A DNA stretch of 64,000 nt from Octopus vulgaris (Eukaryota), in assembly GCA_951406725.2 (NCBI GenBank), contig OX597827.1, positions 45,074,001 to 45,138,000 on the forward strand, given 5' to 3'. Shown in pieces: positions 12,071-26,477 of the stretch. The position numbers and the translations under genes are program-made. Numbering within the stretch: the stretch's first letter is position 1; every line of letters begins with the position of its first letter. The notes below the pieces were generated by a model. The model had not been told where the DNA came from, made no database searches, and was given only the letters and a program-made list of their open reading frames with translations.

Positions 12071-14309
12071 AAGTAGTATTCGAAAATATTTCATTTGATG
12101 CATTGTTCTGATATGCAATAATCCGAGTATTATCTTCCAATCTTATTATTCAAACTAACGAGCGCCACGTCCTAACTTTCTTCTTTCCTTGGAAACAAAA
12201 GAACAAGATGCGATGGATCATAACCGTCATTCAGTTGGTTAATTTTCTGCAAAACCTGATAATGCTTATAAAACAGAGACACAGAGTCCATTCCTTTGTT
12301 CTTCTCTTCTGAGTAGAACAGCTGTTATTTTAGAAGTAGAAATACTATTTCCCCTCGAGTCTAAATCAACGCCCAAATTGAAATAATGTGTTACAGTTAC
12401 TAAATGAGATATCTTTGAATGTAAATCTTAACCGTATTTATGCAACTAACTCTACAGGAGTATCAGCGTGGGTCTATTCATTGAGATGTGGTATAATGCA
12501 CATCCAATGTTCCTTTTGAACATTTGTATCATATGTTTGATTAGATATTTGATTAGAAGCTCGTTATAATCCAGTGATAACATGTAGCACATTGAAATAT
12601 TATTGTGTACGCACCATCTCTTATAGAAGCCAGTTCCTGATCAAGGGTTTTTGTGGTTCAAACAGGGAGAAAAATCTGTGTCCACGGGGCTCACATACTC
12701 TCAGGGACAAATGAGATGGTCATGGTTGAAGTTTTATTTGAACAACAGCAAACTGAAGGTTGCAGAAAAAACAAAAACAAAAACAAAACAAAGTCGCTTT
12801 GATGAAGATTTGAAGACATCGTTCTTGAGAGGAAGGACTGGTGGATGCAGAATTTGCAGGATTAGCAGGGGTGCACAATATGGACGACAAGATTAGAAGA
12901 GACTAGAGACTAAGTTGTGTCTGAATGGAAATGCTTCGAGACCAGCCAATACAGAGGAACAAAGGCCGTCGTCAAAGCGGTACAAGAGGCTGAGGGAAGA
13001 GATAAAATATTTGTGGACAAGAGTTTTCTCCCCAGTTGAGATGAAACAATACTGTGTTGTGTCTACGAAAGAAATTCAAAGTTGCTTCGAACTAAATTCA
13101 AAAGTTCCAGAAATTCCAACAATTAGAGATTGCTTCAATTTTCTATTTTCTTAACAATGTTGAAACTTCATATTTTAAACAGTTGAAGCACTTTTACACG
13201 GTATTCAGAACAAACCATTTGAATACGACATAACTGATGTCTGACATCTTGCACAAACTCAACTTGAGATCGTCATCATCAAGAAAGCGTAAGGGACGAA
13301 GGCAATTTGATCTCGCTGGTACTTCAACAAACATATGTACGTATAATATCTTCTAGACTCTACCATTGCATTTGCGTTATTTTGTCTTCAACAATTCATG
13401 CAGGAGTATCTCGATTGGTTTGCACCAATTGTAACTGTCTGTTATTCTTTGTTCTTCGATCTATGTCTGTTGTCTGTCACTGTTATCTTTTTGAGTCTTC
13501 CGCATTGGACTACTACCTCATGTACTAGTAACTGTCGCACACGTTGGGCTTCTCTCATTACCATCTCTTCGTATTTTCAATTTTTGCTTTCCGTCTCGTC
13601 TCTCCATTTGCTTTTTAACGATAGCATCTTAGTCTTTCTCGTTCCTGCGATGTGTTTTTCCTTTCCAATGCTAATTTCTTATCCGTAATATATACGTATA
13701 GAAAAAACAAAAAAAGAAGACTGTCTCGGTAGACACTATAGTGTAATACGATAACTTTGGTTAATTATAGCAGTTAACAGTTAACTGTGTATCGTTTGCT
13801 TAAGCAAAATTGCTTACTCCGTCTGTTGTGATCAGGTTATGGCTACAGTTATTAAAACAAGTTTCCTTGAGAGAGAAACAGAGAAGAGAAAAAAACAGTC
13901 CTCACAAAAAATAAGAAACGGTTGTCTTGAGAGAGAAAAACGCCACTTGCAAAAACAAACGATGATTTTTCTATAATTATACAGAACAGTTTATATGCAT
14001 TTAAAATTCCCACTAGAAAAAAATATTGCTTGAGGTATTAGTGGCACGGATAGTGGTGGAATGCCAGGTTAGAGATGGCGACGCCTCTAAAATAATAAGA
14101 ATATACAAAAGCAGGGCAGTAGTGTCAGTTTAAAGGCGAATGTTAGAGGCAACCTGTTTTGCTAAATGTCATTGCAAAAACCATTCGAAACGGAAGCTAC
14201 CATCGCGTAAGGGTGACTTGTGGGTCAAAGTATTATTTGAGGTTATGGTTATTATGCACCCTACACATATAGACAAATACGCACAAACGTCTATATATAT
14301 ATATATATA

Positions 14310-15531
14310 GTGGGGTTGGACAAAATAATGGAAACACCTAGCATCATAATTTTGAAATATCTATAAAACCGTCAAAAGCTTGTTTATTTTTATATTTTTT
14401 TTTTATTATTAGTGTTGTTTGATATGCTTTGCTAAAATTGCTGTTTCTTTTCAGATATCATCAGAAAAAGGATTTAAAATTCATTAAAATCACAGATCTG
14501 TCGGACTTTCAAAGAGGTCAAATTGTTGGTGTTCGTATGGCAGGCGCCAGCGTAACGAAAACAGCCAATATGTTTGGTGTATCAAGAAGTACTGTCTCGA
14601 AAGTAATGACAGCCTTTGGGAAAGAGGGAAAAACCTCTTTGTCGAAACAAAACTCCGGAAGAAGACCAAAACTTTCAGATAGGGACCGTCGGACTCTTAC
14701 GCGAATTATTAGAAAGGATCACAAAAGTACAGCTCCCAAAATTACCGCAGAGCTTAATGACCACCTCGAGAACCCAATTTCCACAAAAATTGTTCGTCGG
14801 GAGCTGCACAAAGCTGGATTTCACGGGAGGGCTGCAATCAGAAAACCACCACTTTCAAAAACAAACGTTGCAAAGCGTTTAGAGTGGAGTAAAAACCTAC
14901 AAAATTGGTCCCTCGAGCAGTGGAAGAATGTTATTTTCCCAGATGAGTCATCCTTTACCTTATTTCCGACACCGGCCGAGTATACGTGTGGAATCAGCCA
15001 AAAGAAGCATTTGAACCTGACTGCCTTCTTCCAACTGTTAAACATGGAGGAGGATCTGTAATGATCTGAGGGCTATATCTTGGAAATTCGCTGACCCAAT
15101 GGTTTCCCTTCATGGCAGAATTAATAGTCAAGACTATTTAAACATTTTATCTGATCAAATTCATCCTATGGTTGCGAAACTGTTTCCGGAGGGAAACGTA
15201 ATCTTTCAGGATGATGACGCACCAATTCATACAGCTAAAGTTGTTACTGAATGACCCGAGGAACAGTCCCCACATCTCAATATTATTGAACATTTATGGT
15301 GCATTTTAGAAAAACAAGTAAGGAGTCGATATCTTCCATCATCACCACTACAAGAACCGGAAATTGTGTTAGCTGAAGAATGGACAAAATTCCTTTGGAA
15401 TCAATTCAAACATAGACGAGTCCATATCTCGTAGAATTCAAGCTGTAATTACTGCTAAAGGCGATCCTACACATATTAAAACAAATTTGTTTGAAATTTT
15501 AAGGTTTTCCCATTATTTTGTCCAACACCTG
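14310..15531 (+). mobile_element. Tc1-family DNA transposon, near full length, transposase pseudogene
   Basis: TIRs gttggacaaaataatggaaacacct / aggttttcccattattttgtccaac in a TA tract; DLSDFQRGQIVG HTH, SGRRPKLS, IFPDES, FQDDDAPIH, SPHLNIIEHLW; start codon lost, frameshifts and stops. Confidence 0.93.
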
Positions 15532-15550
15532 TTTATATATATATATATAT

Positions 15551-15890
15551 TAAAACTATAATTTAGGTTATCTAAGAGATACCACCACGCTCGAAATAGC
15601 AGCCAAAACTTGACTCTAAAACCACATTAAATGTTCATACAACTCCAGGAGAGAAGACTACTCAGCACATAAATACAGATTTATTTTGTCTCTTTGTCTT
15701 CCCTCCTGATGCTGTATGAACATTTAATATGGTTTTAGAGTAAAGTTTTGGCTGCTATTTCCAGCGGGGTGGTATCTCTTAGATACCCTAAATTATAATT
15801 TTAATAATAATTATTACCTTTGAAGGTTTTTATTCCCATGCTGGCCACCTGATAAGATCGGTATTTAAATAACGATCTTATCATTATATA
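15551..15890. mobile_element. Non-coding repeat with ~108 bp inverted arms (15551-15658 / 15696-15803), in a TA tract; related copy at 26477-26590
   Basis: Arms are reverse complements; terminal hairpin tgataagatcg...cgatcttatca. Confidence 0.75.
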
Positions 15891-16599
15891 TATATATATA
15901 TATCTTACTTTTACTTGTTTCAGTCGTCAGACTGCGGCTGTGCTAGGGTTTGGACTTGATGGATTTTTGTCGAACGAATCAACCCAAGAGCTTATTTTAT
16001 TTTTAAGCCTGGTATCTACACTAGTGATTTCTTTTGCCAAACCACTATGTTACAGGTCGTAAACACACCAACACCGTTGGTCATGCGTTGGTGGGGGAAA
16101 AGCACACACACACATACACACATGTACACACACACATACGACGGGCTTCTTTCAGTTATCGTCTACCAAATCCACTCACAATGCTTTGGTCGACGCCAGG
16201 CTAAAATAGAAGACACTTGCCCAAGGTGCCACTATGTGGTTGGGAAATGAAAAATATAATTGCGGTACGATAAATAGATATAGCGTAACAATTTTCACAA
16301 ATATTCTTAAAGTATTTCAAAGTCAAAATTATAATCACATATTTTTAATTAATATAATTGAATAGAGCAGTAGAGAGCAAGTGGGCGAGACAGACTAACT
16401 GCAGTGAATAAAAATTATTTTCTGGTCGAAGCATGTATCTGAATTTTCAATAATAAAAGAAGTTTAAAAACTTCATTTTCGGTAAAGAATATATACTAAA
16501 ATTGGAATTTATAAGAATTTACTAGACATTATAGACTTTTAAAATTGCTTTCTTTCCGTAAAAAGAAATAGTTCCAACTAATTAATAAGTGGTTTTCTT

Positions 16600-16790
16600 T
16601 ACAATAGTATAGGTACCATTACCAATGTATGAAAGAATATTCTTTGTCGTAAAAATGGTACAGTTATATAGAATCAATCGTAACCCTTACTAGCGATGTC
16701 ACCATTCGCGGAATTTTCAAGTCATTTGAACCCACAGGCTCCGTTGACGACTTACCTTGATCTGGAAGACCAAACTCTAGATTCCACTCC
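16600..16790 (+). mobile_element. Tc1-like transposase N-terminal remnant
   Basis: TIRGIFKSFEPTGSVDDLP*SGRP resembles the HTH/GRPR linker. Confidence 0.45.
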
Positions 16791-16916
16791 CCATTTGTCT
16801 TCCTACTATCACAGAGCGAAGATATCAAAAGAAAATTTTACGAATTAAATCACCAATTCGTCCATTTTAGATCAGATCTCTGTATCGGCTATAAGGTCCG
16901 AGCACACGCGCGCGCA

Positions 16917-16977
<61 letters not shown>

Positions 16978-17136
16978 CCATATTCACACACACACATGCA
17001 CGAGCACACATACACCCTCCACAGACCGAACTATGCTAAAGGGACTTTTGGATCACTCTAAATATGGCTAAAACATCTACAAAATTCAGATATATTACCA
17101 ATTGTTGAAATATTGGTTGTCCAAATAATTGTGGGC

Positions 17137-17171
<35 letters not shown>

Positions 17172-17603
17172 CAACAACAACAACAATAATAATAATAATG
17201 CTATGGAAGTGTTATCATGTACATTGTTATGTCTTGGTATAAAAGATGAGCTACAGCAAATATTCTGCTCAATACCACAGATTTGCTTGTCAGTTGTTTG
17301 ACTTTGGGGTTTGAATAATTCACCTCTGTAAACATGGGTGTTTCGTTCAACATCTTTAAACAACCCTTATTTAGGGACCTTTTGAGCAGGATGGGTTACT
17401 TGACCAGAAGAAAATTTTAACTGGGCTCCCACCTGCAAGGTCATATGCTGTCTATCTTGATATGAGATCACCATGTCGCGCACATATGGTTGTGATACAT
17501 GTGCCTAGTGTACCCTTATCAGACGGGTAGTCATGATGGGTATACTGGGCTTCGTATATTTTACCTCAGTGTCACTTTGATGGCATGCACTGCTCTCTCA
17601 CTC

Positions 17604-17656
<53 letters not shown>

Positions 17657-17659
<3 letters not shown>

Positions 17660-17961
17660 AAAGACCTGGAAATAGAGGTAACCAGAATGTGGAATCTAAC
17701 AACAGAAACAATTCCTATCATAGTAGGTGCATTAGGCATGATAAAAAAATATTCAGACAAATACATAACAAAAACACCAGGACTTACAAACACATATAAC
17801 ATACAGAAAATTGCACTACTAGGCACTGCACACATCCTACGCAGAACACTTTCAATACAGTAACCACCAGAGCATCACAACAAATCACAGCACATACCTA
17901 AGGCACACAGAGCTGCGCTCGGTAGTGAAGTGAAAGCACGCTATAAAAATAAAACTACTGA
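17657..17961 (+). mobile_element. R4/Dong-type LINE 3' end inserted in (TAA)n
   Basis: YKDLEIEVTRMWNLTTETIPIIVGALG...QKIALLGTAHILRRTLSIQ* (stop 17861-63), then 3' UTR; TAA repeats on both sides. Confidence 0.85.
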
Positions 17962-17964
17962 ATG

Positions 17965-18034
<70 letters not shown>

Positions 18035-18203
18035 TAATAATAATAATGGTTTCAGATTTTGGCATAAGGCCATCAGGTTTGGATCCCAGTGTTCAACTGG
18101 TACGTATTTTAGCGACCCCGGAAGGATGAAAGGCAAAGTCGACCTAGGCGGAATTTGAACTCAGAACGTAGCGACAGGCTAAGCATTTCGTCCAGCGTAC
18201 TTA

Positions 18204-18304
<101 letters not shown>

Positions 18305-19860
18305 CGACGACGACGACAATGATGATGATTGTCGATTTCGACATGTACGAGTGTTTGTTTGAATGAGAGGGTTTAAGGAAGAGAAAAAAATGTGGGGGGA
18401 AAAAGAGAAAACAACTTTTAATAATAATAATAATAATAATAATAATGATAATAATAATAATAATAACAATAATAATAATAATAATAATAATAATTTCTTT
18501 TATTTGCCACCAGGATGAAGAACGAGGGGGATAATACAGACAAGACATAAAGTGTGGGGCTTTACATATAATAGCATGAAGTAAAAGAAGAAGAAGAAGA
18601 AGAAGAAGAAGAAGAAGAAGAAGAAGAAGAAGAAGAAGAAGAAGAAGAAGAAGAAGCAAGAAGAAGAAGAAGAAGAAGAAGAAGAAGAAGAAGAAGAAGA
18701 AGAAGAAGAACAACAACAACAACAACAACAACAAAAAAAAGGAAGAAATCAAACCCGACTATATGTAAAAACAACAACTGCAGCAGCAACAACCAAAAGG
18801 GACAGATAGGAGAAGGTAATCCAAGATAAGACCACGTCTGAATGAAGGGCAAAGATATATAAAACGACAAGTATTGTCACGGTTGTGTCCCTATTTTGAA
18901 CATAAGTCTGCTTGATTAGGGGTGACCCGGAGCTAAGCAACAACCACAATAATAACCAGCATCACCAACATCAACATCAGCATCAACATCAACACCAATG
19001 CTACCAATTTCTGAGACAACGATGACGATGAGGATCAAAACCACCACCACCACCACCACGGAGACGGCGGTAACCACCACCGCTGCCGCCATGACCATCA
19101 ACCATCACCGCTACCACCACCACCGTCACTGCCACCATCCACCACCATCGCCACCATCTGCCGCCGACATCACTACCAGCGCCAGTACTATCCCCAACAC
19201 CACTACCACCACTACTACTACCGCCGCCGCCACCACCACCACCGCCACCATCACCGTCCACATTTTCAACCCCGGCATACAAGAGTTTCCTTGGGCGTTT
19301 CTTGGAATGTAATTCTTCAGAATTTCTTAATTTTTCTTTCTTTTTTCCTTTTGTGGGGAAACGAAGATAATGTTCTTTATTTTTATCATAATAGAAGGAC
19401 GAAGGGTAGGAATAAGGTGGACGGGTAGGTTAGTAATGGTAAAAGCTGCGACGGTGGGGTGGTGGTGATGGTGACGTTTTAGATAGTCTCTTGGCTGCAT
19501 TTTTTTTCTGTTTTTTTTTTTCACTTTGTCCCTGCCAGGAATTAGATATCAACTTCACATTACGCCCACAGACACAAGAAATTTCTGGTGTCTTTGGTCA
19601 ATGCTGTATAACCCAAAATGATACGCACGCACGCACACACGCGCACACACACAAACGCACACACGTACGCACAAACGCATACAAACATACACACATTCTC
19701 ACGCACATATAATATATGCGTGTTCGTGCAAATGTGAGTTTGCGTGCCAAATTACGCACACATGTATGCATATTATAATTGTATGTGTGTGCAAATATAT
19801 ACACACACACAAATGTATATACACATGTATATATATATATAATGTATGTGTGTATATAAT

Positions 19861-19945
<85 letters not shown>

Positions 19946-19978
19946 TAATAATAATAATGGTTTCAGATTTTGGCACAA

Positions 19979-20022
<44 letters not shown>

Positions 20023-20231
20023 TTTTATTTGTTTCAGTCATTTGACTGTGGCCATGCTGGAGCACCGCAATTTAGTCGAGTAAATCGACCCCTGGACTTA
20101 TTCTTTGTAAGCCTAGTTACTTATTCTATCGGTCTCTTTTTGCCGAACCGTTAAGTTACGGGGACGTAAACATACCAGCATCGGTTCTCAAGCGATAGTG
20201 GTGGTGGTGGAGGATGAATATAGACACACAA

Positions 20232-20312
<81 letters not shown>

Positions 20313-20618
20313 CGATGGGTTTCTTTCAGTTTCCGTCTACCAAATCCACTCACAGGATGTGGTCGGTCTGAAGCTATTGCAGAAGACACTTGGCCAAGTT
20401 GCTACGCAGTGGGACTGAACCCGGATCCATGTGGTTGGTAAGCAAGCTACTTACCACATAGCCACGCCTACGCCTAAATGGAGTCAAACGCAGGTGTCTT
20501 CGTGTCTATGTGAATTTTTGCAACCCTGGTAACTATACATTTATTTTTTCTTTATTTGTACACATTGAAAAAATATACATACATTTATATATATATATAT
20601 ATTACACATACATATATA

Positions 20619-21830
20619 CATGGTGTCCCAAATATAAGACAACCAACTTTTTTTAATTTTGCCAAGGCAAACTGTTGTTATATTTTGGGTCAGAGCGTTG
20701 CAATGCAACAGTAAAGGAAACACAATTATGACACCACCACATGTATTCGATATGGCCATCTTTGTTTCGAAGCACCGCCTTAAGTCTAGGTGCAAATGCT
20801 TCACACGCGGCACGCTATTGTTCTTGGTCAATCGAAGCTCATTCCTGGCGTGGTCTTGCCTTCAGTGCGTCGAACGAAACATGAAGAGTGCTCGAGACCC
20901 TCATCTCCTAAATGGACCAAACAGAAAAATCAAACTGGTTCAGACCAGGGCTTCTTGAGGGCCATACATCCTTGCCTACGGACGGCGGAATATTTTTTCT
21001 GAATCTAGTGTTGTGTCTGTTTGTAGCTGTGGGATGGCGCCGTGTCCTGCTCGAAGCTCCAAGGTGGGCCTTGAAAGTGCTCATTCACCCATGAAAGCAG
21101 TTCAGCTTCCAGAATGTCCCTAATGTATCGCTGGGTGCTAATTTTAACAACCGAGGGCACAAAAACGAGGGAAACTTCCAGTGGCTGCTACAGCCAAACC
21201 ATAACTGACTGGATTTTTACATCGATTTACGAGTCTACCCTCGACGAAGCCAGATACACTCTAAAGTCGGTCATTCTGGTGCTTCACTATCTGCTTGATG
21301 TCAAGTTTCCTTTTTTTTATCAGTGAACACCTGGTTGGGCAGCGTGCCTTCAGTAATCTGACACTGGATACGACGACTTTTCTCCAGTCTCATGACCTTA
21401 TAAACTTGCGTGAAATCATGACGATGGATCATCTTGTAACGATGGGTCTCGAGCTCCTCCTTCAGTACTCGATATATCGATGTTCAGCCTACTTTTGCTG
21501 TGGCAGCCAGTTTTCTGACGGAACGACAAGAATTCCGCCGTATCTTTTCTCTGGTACTTTTAATAAGCTGAGGTGTCCGCATAATTCTTTTTTGGTCTCC
21601 TAAAAATTCTTGACAATTTTCTAGACTGCAGTTTGGTTAATTTTAAACTTTTTTGCTATAGCTGTATTACTTTTGCCTCCTTTGTTGAGGGTTATGATTG
21701 TATTTTGGTCTATTTAGTTTGAAACAAAAAAGTAAACACACTAAGCTTTTATAATGATGTATAAATTTCATATCTTATCACATTTATTGATAGTTAAGAG
21801 CTTCGGTTGCTGTAATTTTGGGACATCCTG
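20619..21830 (-). mobile_element. maT/DD37D-like Tc1-mariner transposon, decayed
   Basis: TIRs catggtgtcccaaa / ttttgggacatcctg flanked by TA; minus-strand motifs NTAIAKKFKIN, VFTD, FEQDTAPSH, WPSRSPGLNQFDFSVW. Confidence 0.85.
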
Positions 21831-22037
21831 TACACACACACACACAAACACACACATGACGAGCTTTCAGTTCCTGTTTACCAAATCCACTCACAAGACT
21901 TTGGTCGGCCTAAGGCAATAGTAGAAGACACTTGCCCACGGTGCCACCTATGGGACTGAATTCAGAACCATGTGGTTGGGAAGCAAAGTTCTTTCCACAC
22001 AGTAACGCCTGCACCTCTCTCTCTCTTTTTCTCTCTT

Positions 22038-22090
<53 letters not shown>

Positions 22091-22095
22091 GTGTG

Positions 22096-22201
<106 letters not shown>

Positions 22202-22498
22202 GGCAATTATGCGAATAAACAAATTAAATATATAGAATATAACAGCTTAGGTATGAAATACAAAATTTGTATATATGTATATACATGCAAAACGAAAGAA
22301 AGCAAAAAGTGGAGACTTCCAGACGATGAATATTTAAGTATAAATATTTAGATATTTATATTAATAGATCCAAATTACACTGAGTAGAAACGACAGAGAA
22401 ATTTAAAGGAAAGGAAGAAAGGTGTTATAAACACCTTTCTTCCTCTCGGTTACTGGAACACGAATAAAACAACCCCGGTGGCCAATTAGTGAAAGATG

Positions 22499-22530
<32 letters not shown>

Positions 22531-22773
22531 GTTGTGTGTGTGCATTTACAAATATGGCGGCATTTTGTCCACCTTTACGTTCTGAGTTTCCTTTTCACGC
22601 TTTCTGGGTCGAGAAAATAAGTACCAGTTGAGCACTAGGGTCGATATAATCGATTTACATTCTCCTTCGAACTTTCAGGCCTTGTGCAATATATATATTG
22701 TTGAGTGTGAGTCCGTGTGAGAAGATATATATATTTCCTCTGTCTTCCCTTCTCGGGATCTTTCCTTCTCCTT

Positions 22774-22808
22774 GTTTCCGACGAAGAGCTCCGCTCGAAA
22801 CGTTAAAC
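22774..22808 (+). ncRNA. Minimal type-I hammerhead, U4C core (H1-related repeat 22740-22905)
   Basis: gttt-CCGACGA-a-gagc tcc gctc-GAAA-CG-TT-aaac. Confidence 0.72.
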
Positions 22809-22901
22809 CCTCCTTCCCTTCTTTCCTGAGCGTCAAATAATACTTTAATTGTTCCACGTCCTCGCGTTGCTGTGTTTTTTTCTGTGTTTTCTTGTTTGGA
22901 T

Positions 22902-22986
<85 letters not shown>

Positions 22987-23163
22987 ATATTTAGTCATCT
23001 GACATGTGACACGCAGTGGACCTGTACAGATAATGTCGATTTGATGGAGGAGTGAGCTTATGTGTACACAAACATTTAATCACTATAAACAAATCATCTG
23101 TGTGATTGCTCGGCAAGAAATTGCCAGATCCTCATACGTCGTCTAAAGACGAGAGAGTCCATG

Positions 23164-23226
<63 letters not shown>

Positions 23227-23468
23227 TAAATTAGAGATAAAACTACTATTAGGCAAATCAAAACAGTGAAAAACATAAACCAAAACATAGAAATAAAATT
23301 AATTCATATAAAATATTAATAAGTTTCAAAATATATTCTTTTCTAGAGGGTATTGGAATATCCTTCAAAGATGAATTCGAAAATAGCGGTTCTATCTTAC
23401 TTGTAAATTCCATAACTTACGAAATTGAGGTATTACACTCACTAAACGTGATTTATCAATATATTATT

Positions 23469-23519
<51 letters not shown>

Positions 23520-23629
23520 TGATATTAGGGAGTAAATCCAAACTTACAGGGAAAATTTAGATTTAGGATTAAATCTAATTTTACAGTATAAATATAAATT
23601 AAATTAGAGATAAAACCACTATTAGGCAA

Positions 23630-23682
<53 letters not shown>

Positions 23683-23915
23683 CCTTACTACCCACAAGGG
23701 GCTAAACACAGAGGGGACAAACAAGGACAGACAAACGGATTAAGTCGATTACATCGACCCCAGTGCTAAACTGGTACTTAATTTATCGACCCCGAAAGGA
23801 TGAAAGGCAAAGTCGACCTCGGCGGAATTTGAACTCAGAGCGTAGCAGCAGACGAAATACCGCAAAGCATTTCGCCCGCCATGCTAACGTTTCTGCCAGC
23901 TCGCGTATATACACA

Positions 23916-24490
23916 CAGAGTGGGCAGTGAATAGATTGTCGTCTTAATTACGCAAAAATGAAAATAGCACTGACATCTCATTTTAACAGATATATATTTA
24001 CCAAAAATACTTAGAAATATCTTGAAATACTAAAGAGTAAATTTATTCGATAAAATCTCCATTGGCTTCAACTATGGCCTCCAGACCACTGCGGAATCTT
24101 CTGCAACTTTTCTGGACGGTCTCCTTGTTTAAGTTGATGAATGCTGCCATAATCCTTGCCCTCAGTTCATGTTTGGTATTACAAGAAGTTTTGTTGGTCT
24201 CTCGCTCAACTGCGCCCCACACTTGATAATCAAGGGGTTGCAGTGTGGGGAGATAGGTGGCCAGATGTTAGGGGTGATGTGGTCGCAGAAATTGTCTGAC
24301 AGCCATGACTGGGTTCTCCTGCTTGTGTAGCATGGTGCAGAGTCCTGTGCCATAGGGTCTTCCAGCAGCCATCGTCTTGAACCAAGGCAGCACTACCTCC
24401 TTCAGGCACTTGATGTAGGCCTCCGTGTTGAGTGTGAGTTCGTGTGGGAAGATGAATGTAGGCATAACATCGTAATCACTGATGATCACT
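23916..24490 (-). mobile_element. maT/DD37D-like transposase C-terminal fragment
   Basis: QDSAPCYTSRRTQSWLSDNFCDHITPNIWPPISPHCNPL. Confidence 0.8.
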
Positions 24491-24845
24491 CCATATATAC
24501 GTACATACATTCGAAGATTGCAGATCCAAGCCATCGCTGCAACTGTAAAAATTTGATAAACTTTCCAGAAGTTTATCATTTAAGTATATATGCGAATGTC
24601 TAGACATGCAACTATATGCATGAGAATATATACATAAAACATAACATGCAAATCTGCACGTGTACTGCCACCAAATACTGCGCATATTCATAATACATAC
24701 ATACATACATACATACATACATACATGCATACATACATACATACATGCATACATACATACATACATGCATACATACATACATACATACATACATACATAC
24801 ATACATACATGCATGCATACATACATACATACATACATACATACA

Positions 24846-24876
<31 letters not shown>

Positions 24877-25274
24877 TGGTCTGACACCGAGTGGTATTAG
24901 GGCCACAACCCGGCAGACGGGGTTCTAGTGAAAAATCCTCGGAGTGTCTGTTTCGGCATCCGGCGGCTCCTTGGTCGTTCTGTCCCTGCGTCTGCGGACA
25001 ATCTGCGGCAAACAGGATGTCTCTACATGCGGGATTGTTGGGGACCGCTTGTGAAATTCATATTCCCACGAAACTTCTTCTACTGCCATGGTTCGAGATG
25101 CCTCGAGGGTGGTGGAAGAAGCCGACTCAACCCGCCCAGGGTGAATGTCGCCACAAGTACAAGTACATACATACATGCAAAAATACCCTGTTGATGTTGA
25201 AATTCCAATGAAAGACCTTTGAATCTAGGTTAGAAACCGGTTGGCAAGAAATCATGAGATAAAATTGTATAACG

Positions 25275-25314
<40 letters not shown>

Positions 25315-25961
25315 TTGTATGTATGTATGTATGTATGTATGTATGTATGTATGTATGTATGTATGCATGTATGTATACATACACACGCTGACGCATACGT
25401 GTGATTTTAATCTCTGCGAAAGAAATGTGTGTTATGGCGATGTCGTAAAGCTGTCTCCGGTTCAGTGTTCTCTGCTCTCACCCACCAACCGCGCTCTCCG
25501 TTCCCGTCCTGACCCTCTCTACTCGTAGACTCCTCTTTTCTCGGCAATCCCTATCTCCGGGTAGCTATTACAGGAACTAGTATCCCCCCACCCCAGCTGT
25601 AGGAGATGTTTTCTTTAAGTAACTTCATCACCGTGTCAAAGACTTAGATTACCAAAAAGGCAGACAACAACAAACATAGCAACAACAACAACAGCAACAA
25701 CAACAGCAGCAACAACAGCAACCACCACCACCACCACCACCACCACCACCACCACCACCACCACCACCATCACCACCACCACCACCACCACAACAACAAC
25801 AACAACCATATCAACAACCAAATTGACACCACCACCGACACCACCACCTCCTTGAAGAAGAACAGCAACTAAAATACAGCTACCGTCATAACAACCCCCA
25901 GCAGCAACCCCACTACCGCCATTCACAACCGCGGTCAAAATGACTGAAACATACAAAGTGA

Positions 25962-26268
25962 ATTTCGTTTTTGGATTTGGTTTGCAAGATTCTTTATGTG
26001 AGTTCGTGTGTTGAAGCATATTCTGTTGTGTCTAGGGAGAGTCATTCTCTTTTTTGGTGCCTTATAATCTAACACACTCACCGGTAAAATTTCCACTTAT
26101 TTCTTTCTTATTTTCCTAAAATTTTCGTTGCTTCAAAACTATTGAAAAAGTTGCAAGACGCAACGAAAATATTAGGAAAATAAAAAAAGAAATAAGTGGA
26201 AATTTTACCCGTGAATGTGTTAAATTATAAGGCAACAAAAGAGAATGACTTTCTCTAGACACAACAGA
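25962..26268. mobile_element. Inverted pLTR-like insertion (family H3) with U3:A8 hammerhead motif at 26139-26175 and an 11-bp flanking duplication
   Basis: Arms ~26019-26131 / 26160-26271; atacaaagtga at 25951-25961 and 26269-26279; cta-TTGAAAA-a-gttgc aagac gcaac-GAAA-AT-AT-tag. Confidence 0.75.
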
Positions 26269-26283
26269 ATACAAAGTGAGTGC

Positions 26284-26340
<57 letters not shown>

Positions 26341-26344
<4 letters not shown>

Positions 26345-26381
26345 GGGATATAATAAATATCCTGGAAACAGCTGTAAGACC
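26341..26381 (+). ncRNA. 5'-truncated hammerhead motif
   Basis: (TA)n-TGA-a-gggatat aataa atatcct-g-GAAA-CAGCTG-TA-agacc; first half of the core lost. Confidence 0.55.
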
Positions 26382-26437
26382 TTCTATCTATAAATGTTCT
26401 AAAATCTACACAGCCTTGGTTTTTTTTATCTCTTTAC

Positions 26438-26477
<40 letters not shown>

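Noticed and set aside
12100-14280. Unique-looking region with short ORFs
   Set aside because: No recognisable domain or consistent splice structure; probably old TE debris.
16491-16507. atatactaaaattggaa, matching part of U6 snRNA
   Set aside because: Only ~17 AT-rich nt; flanks do not continue the U6 sequence.
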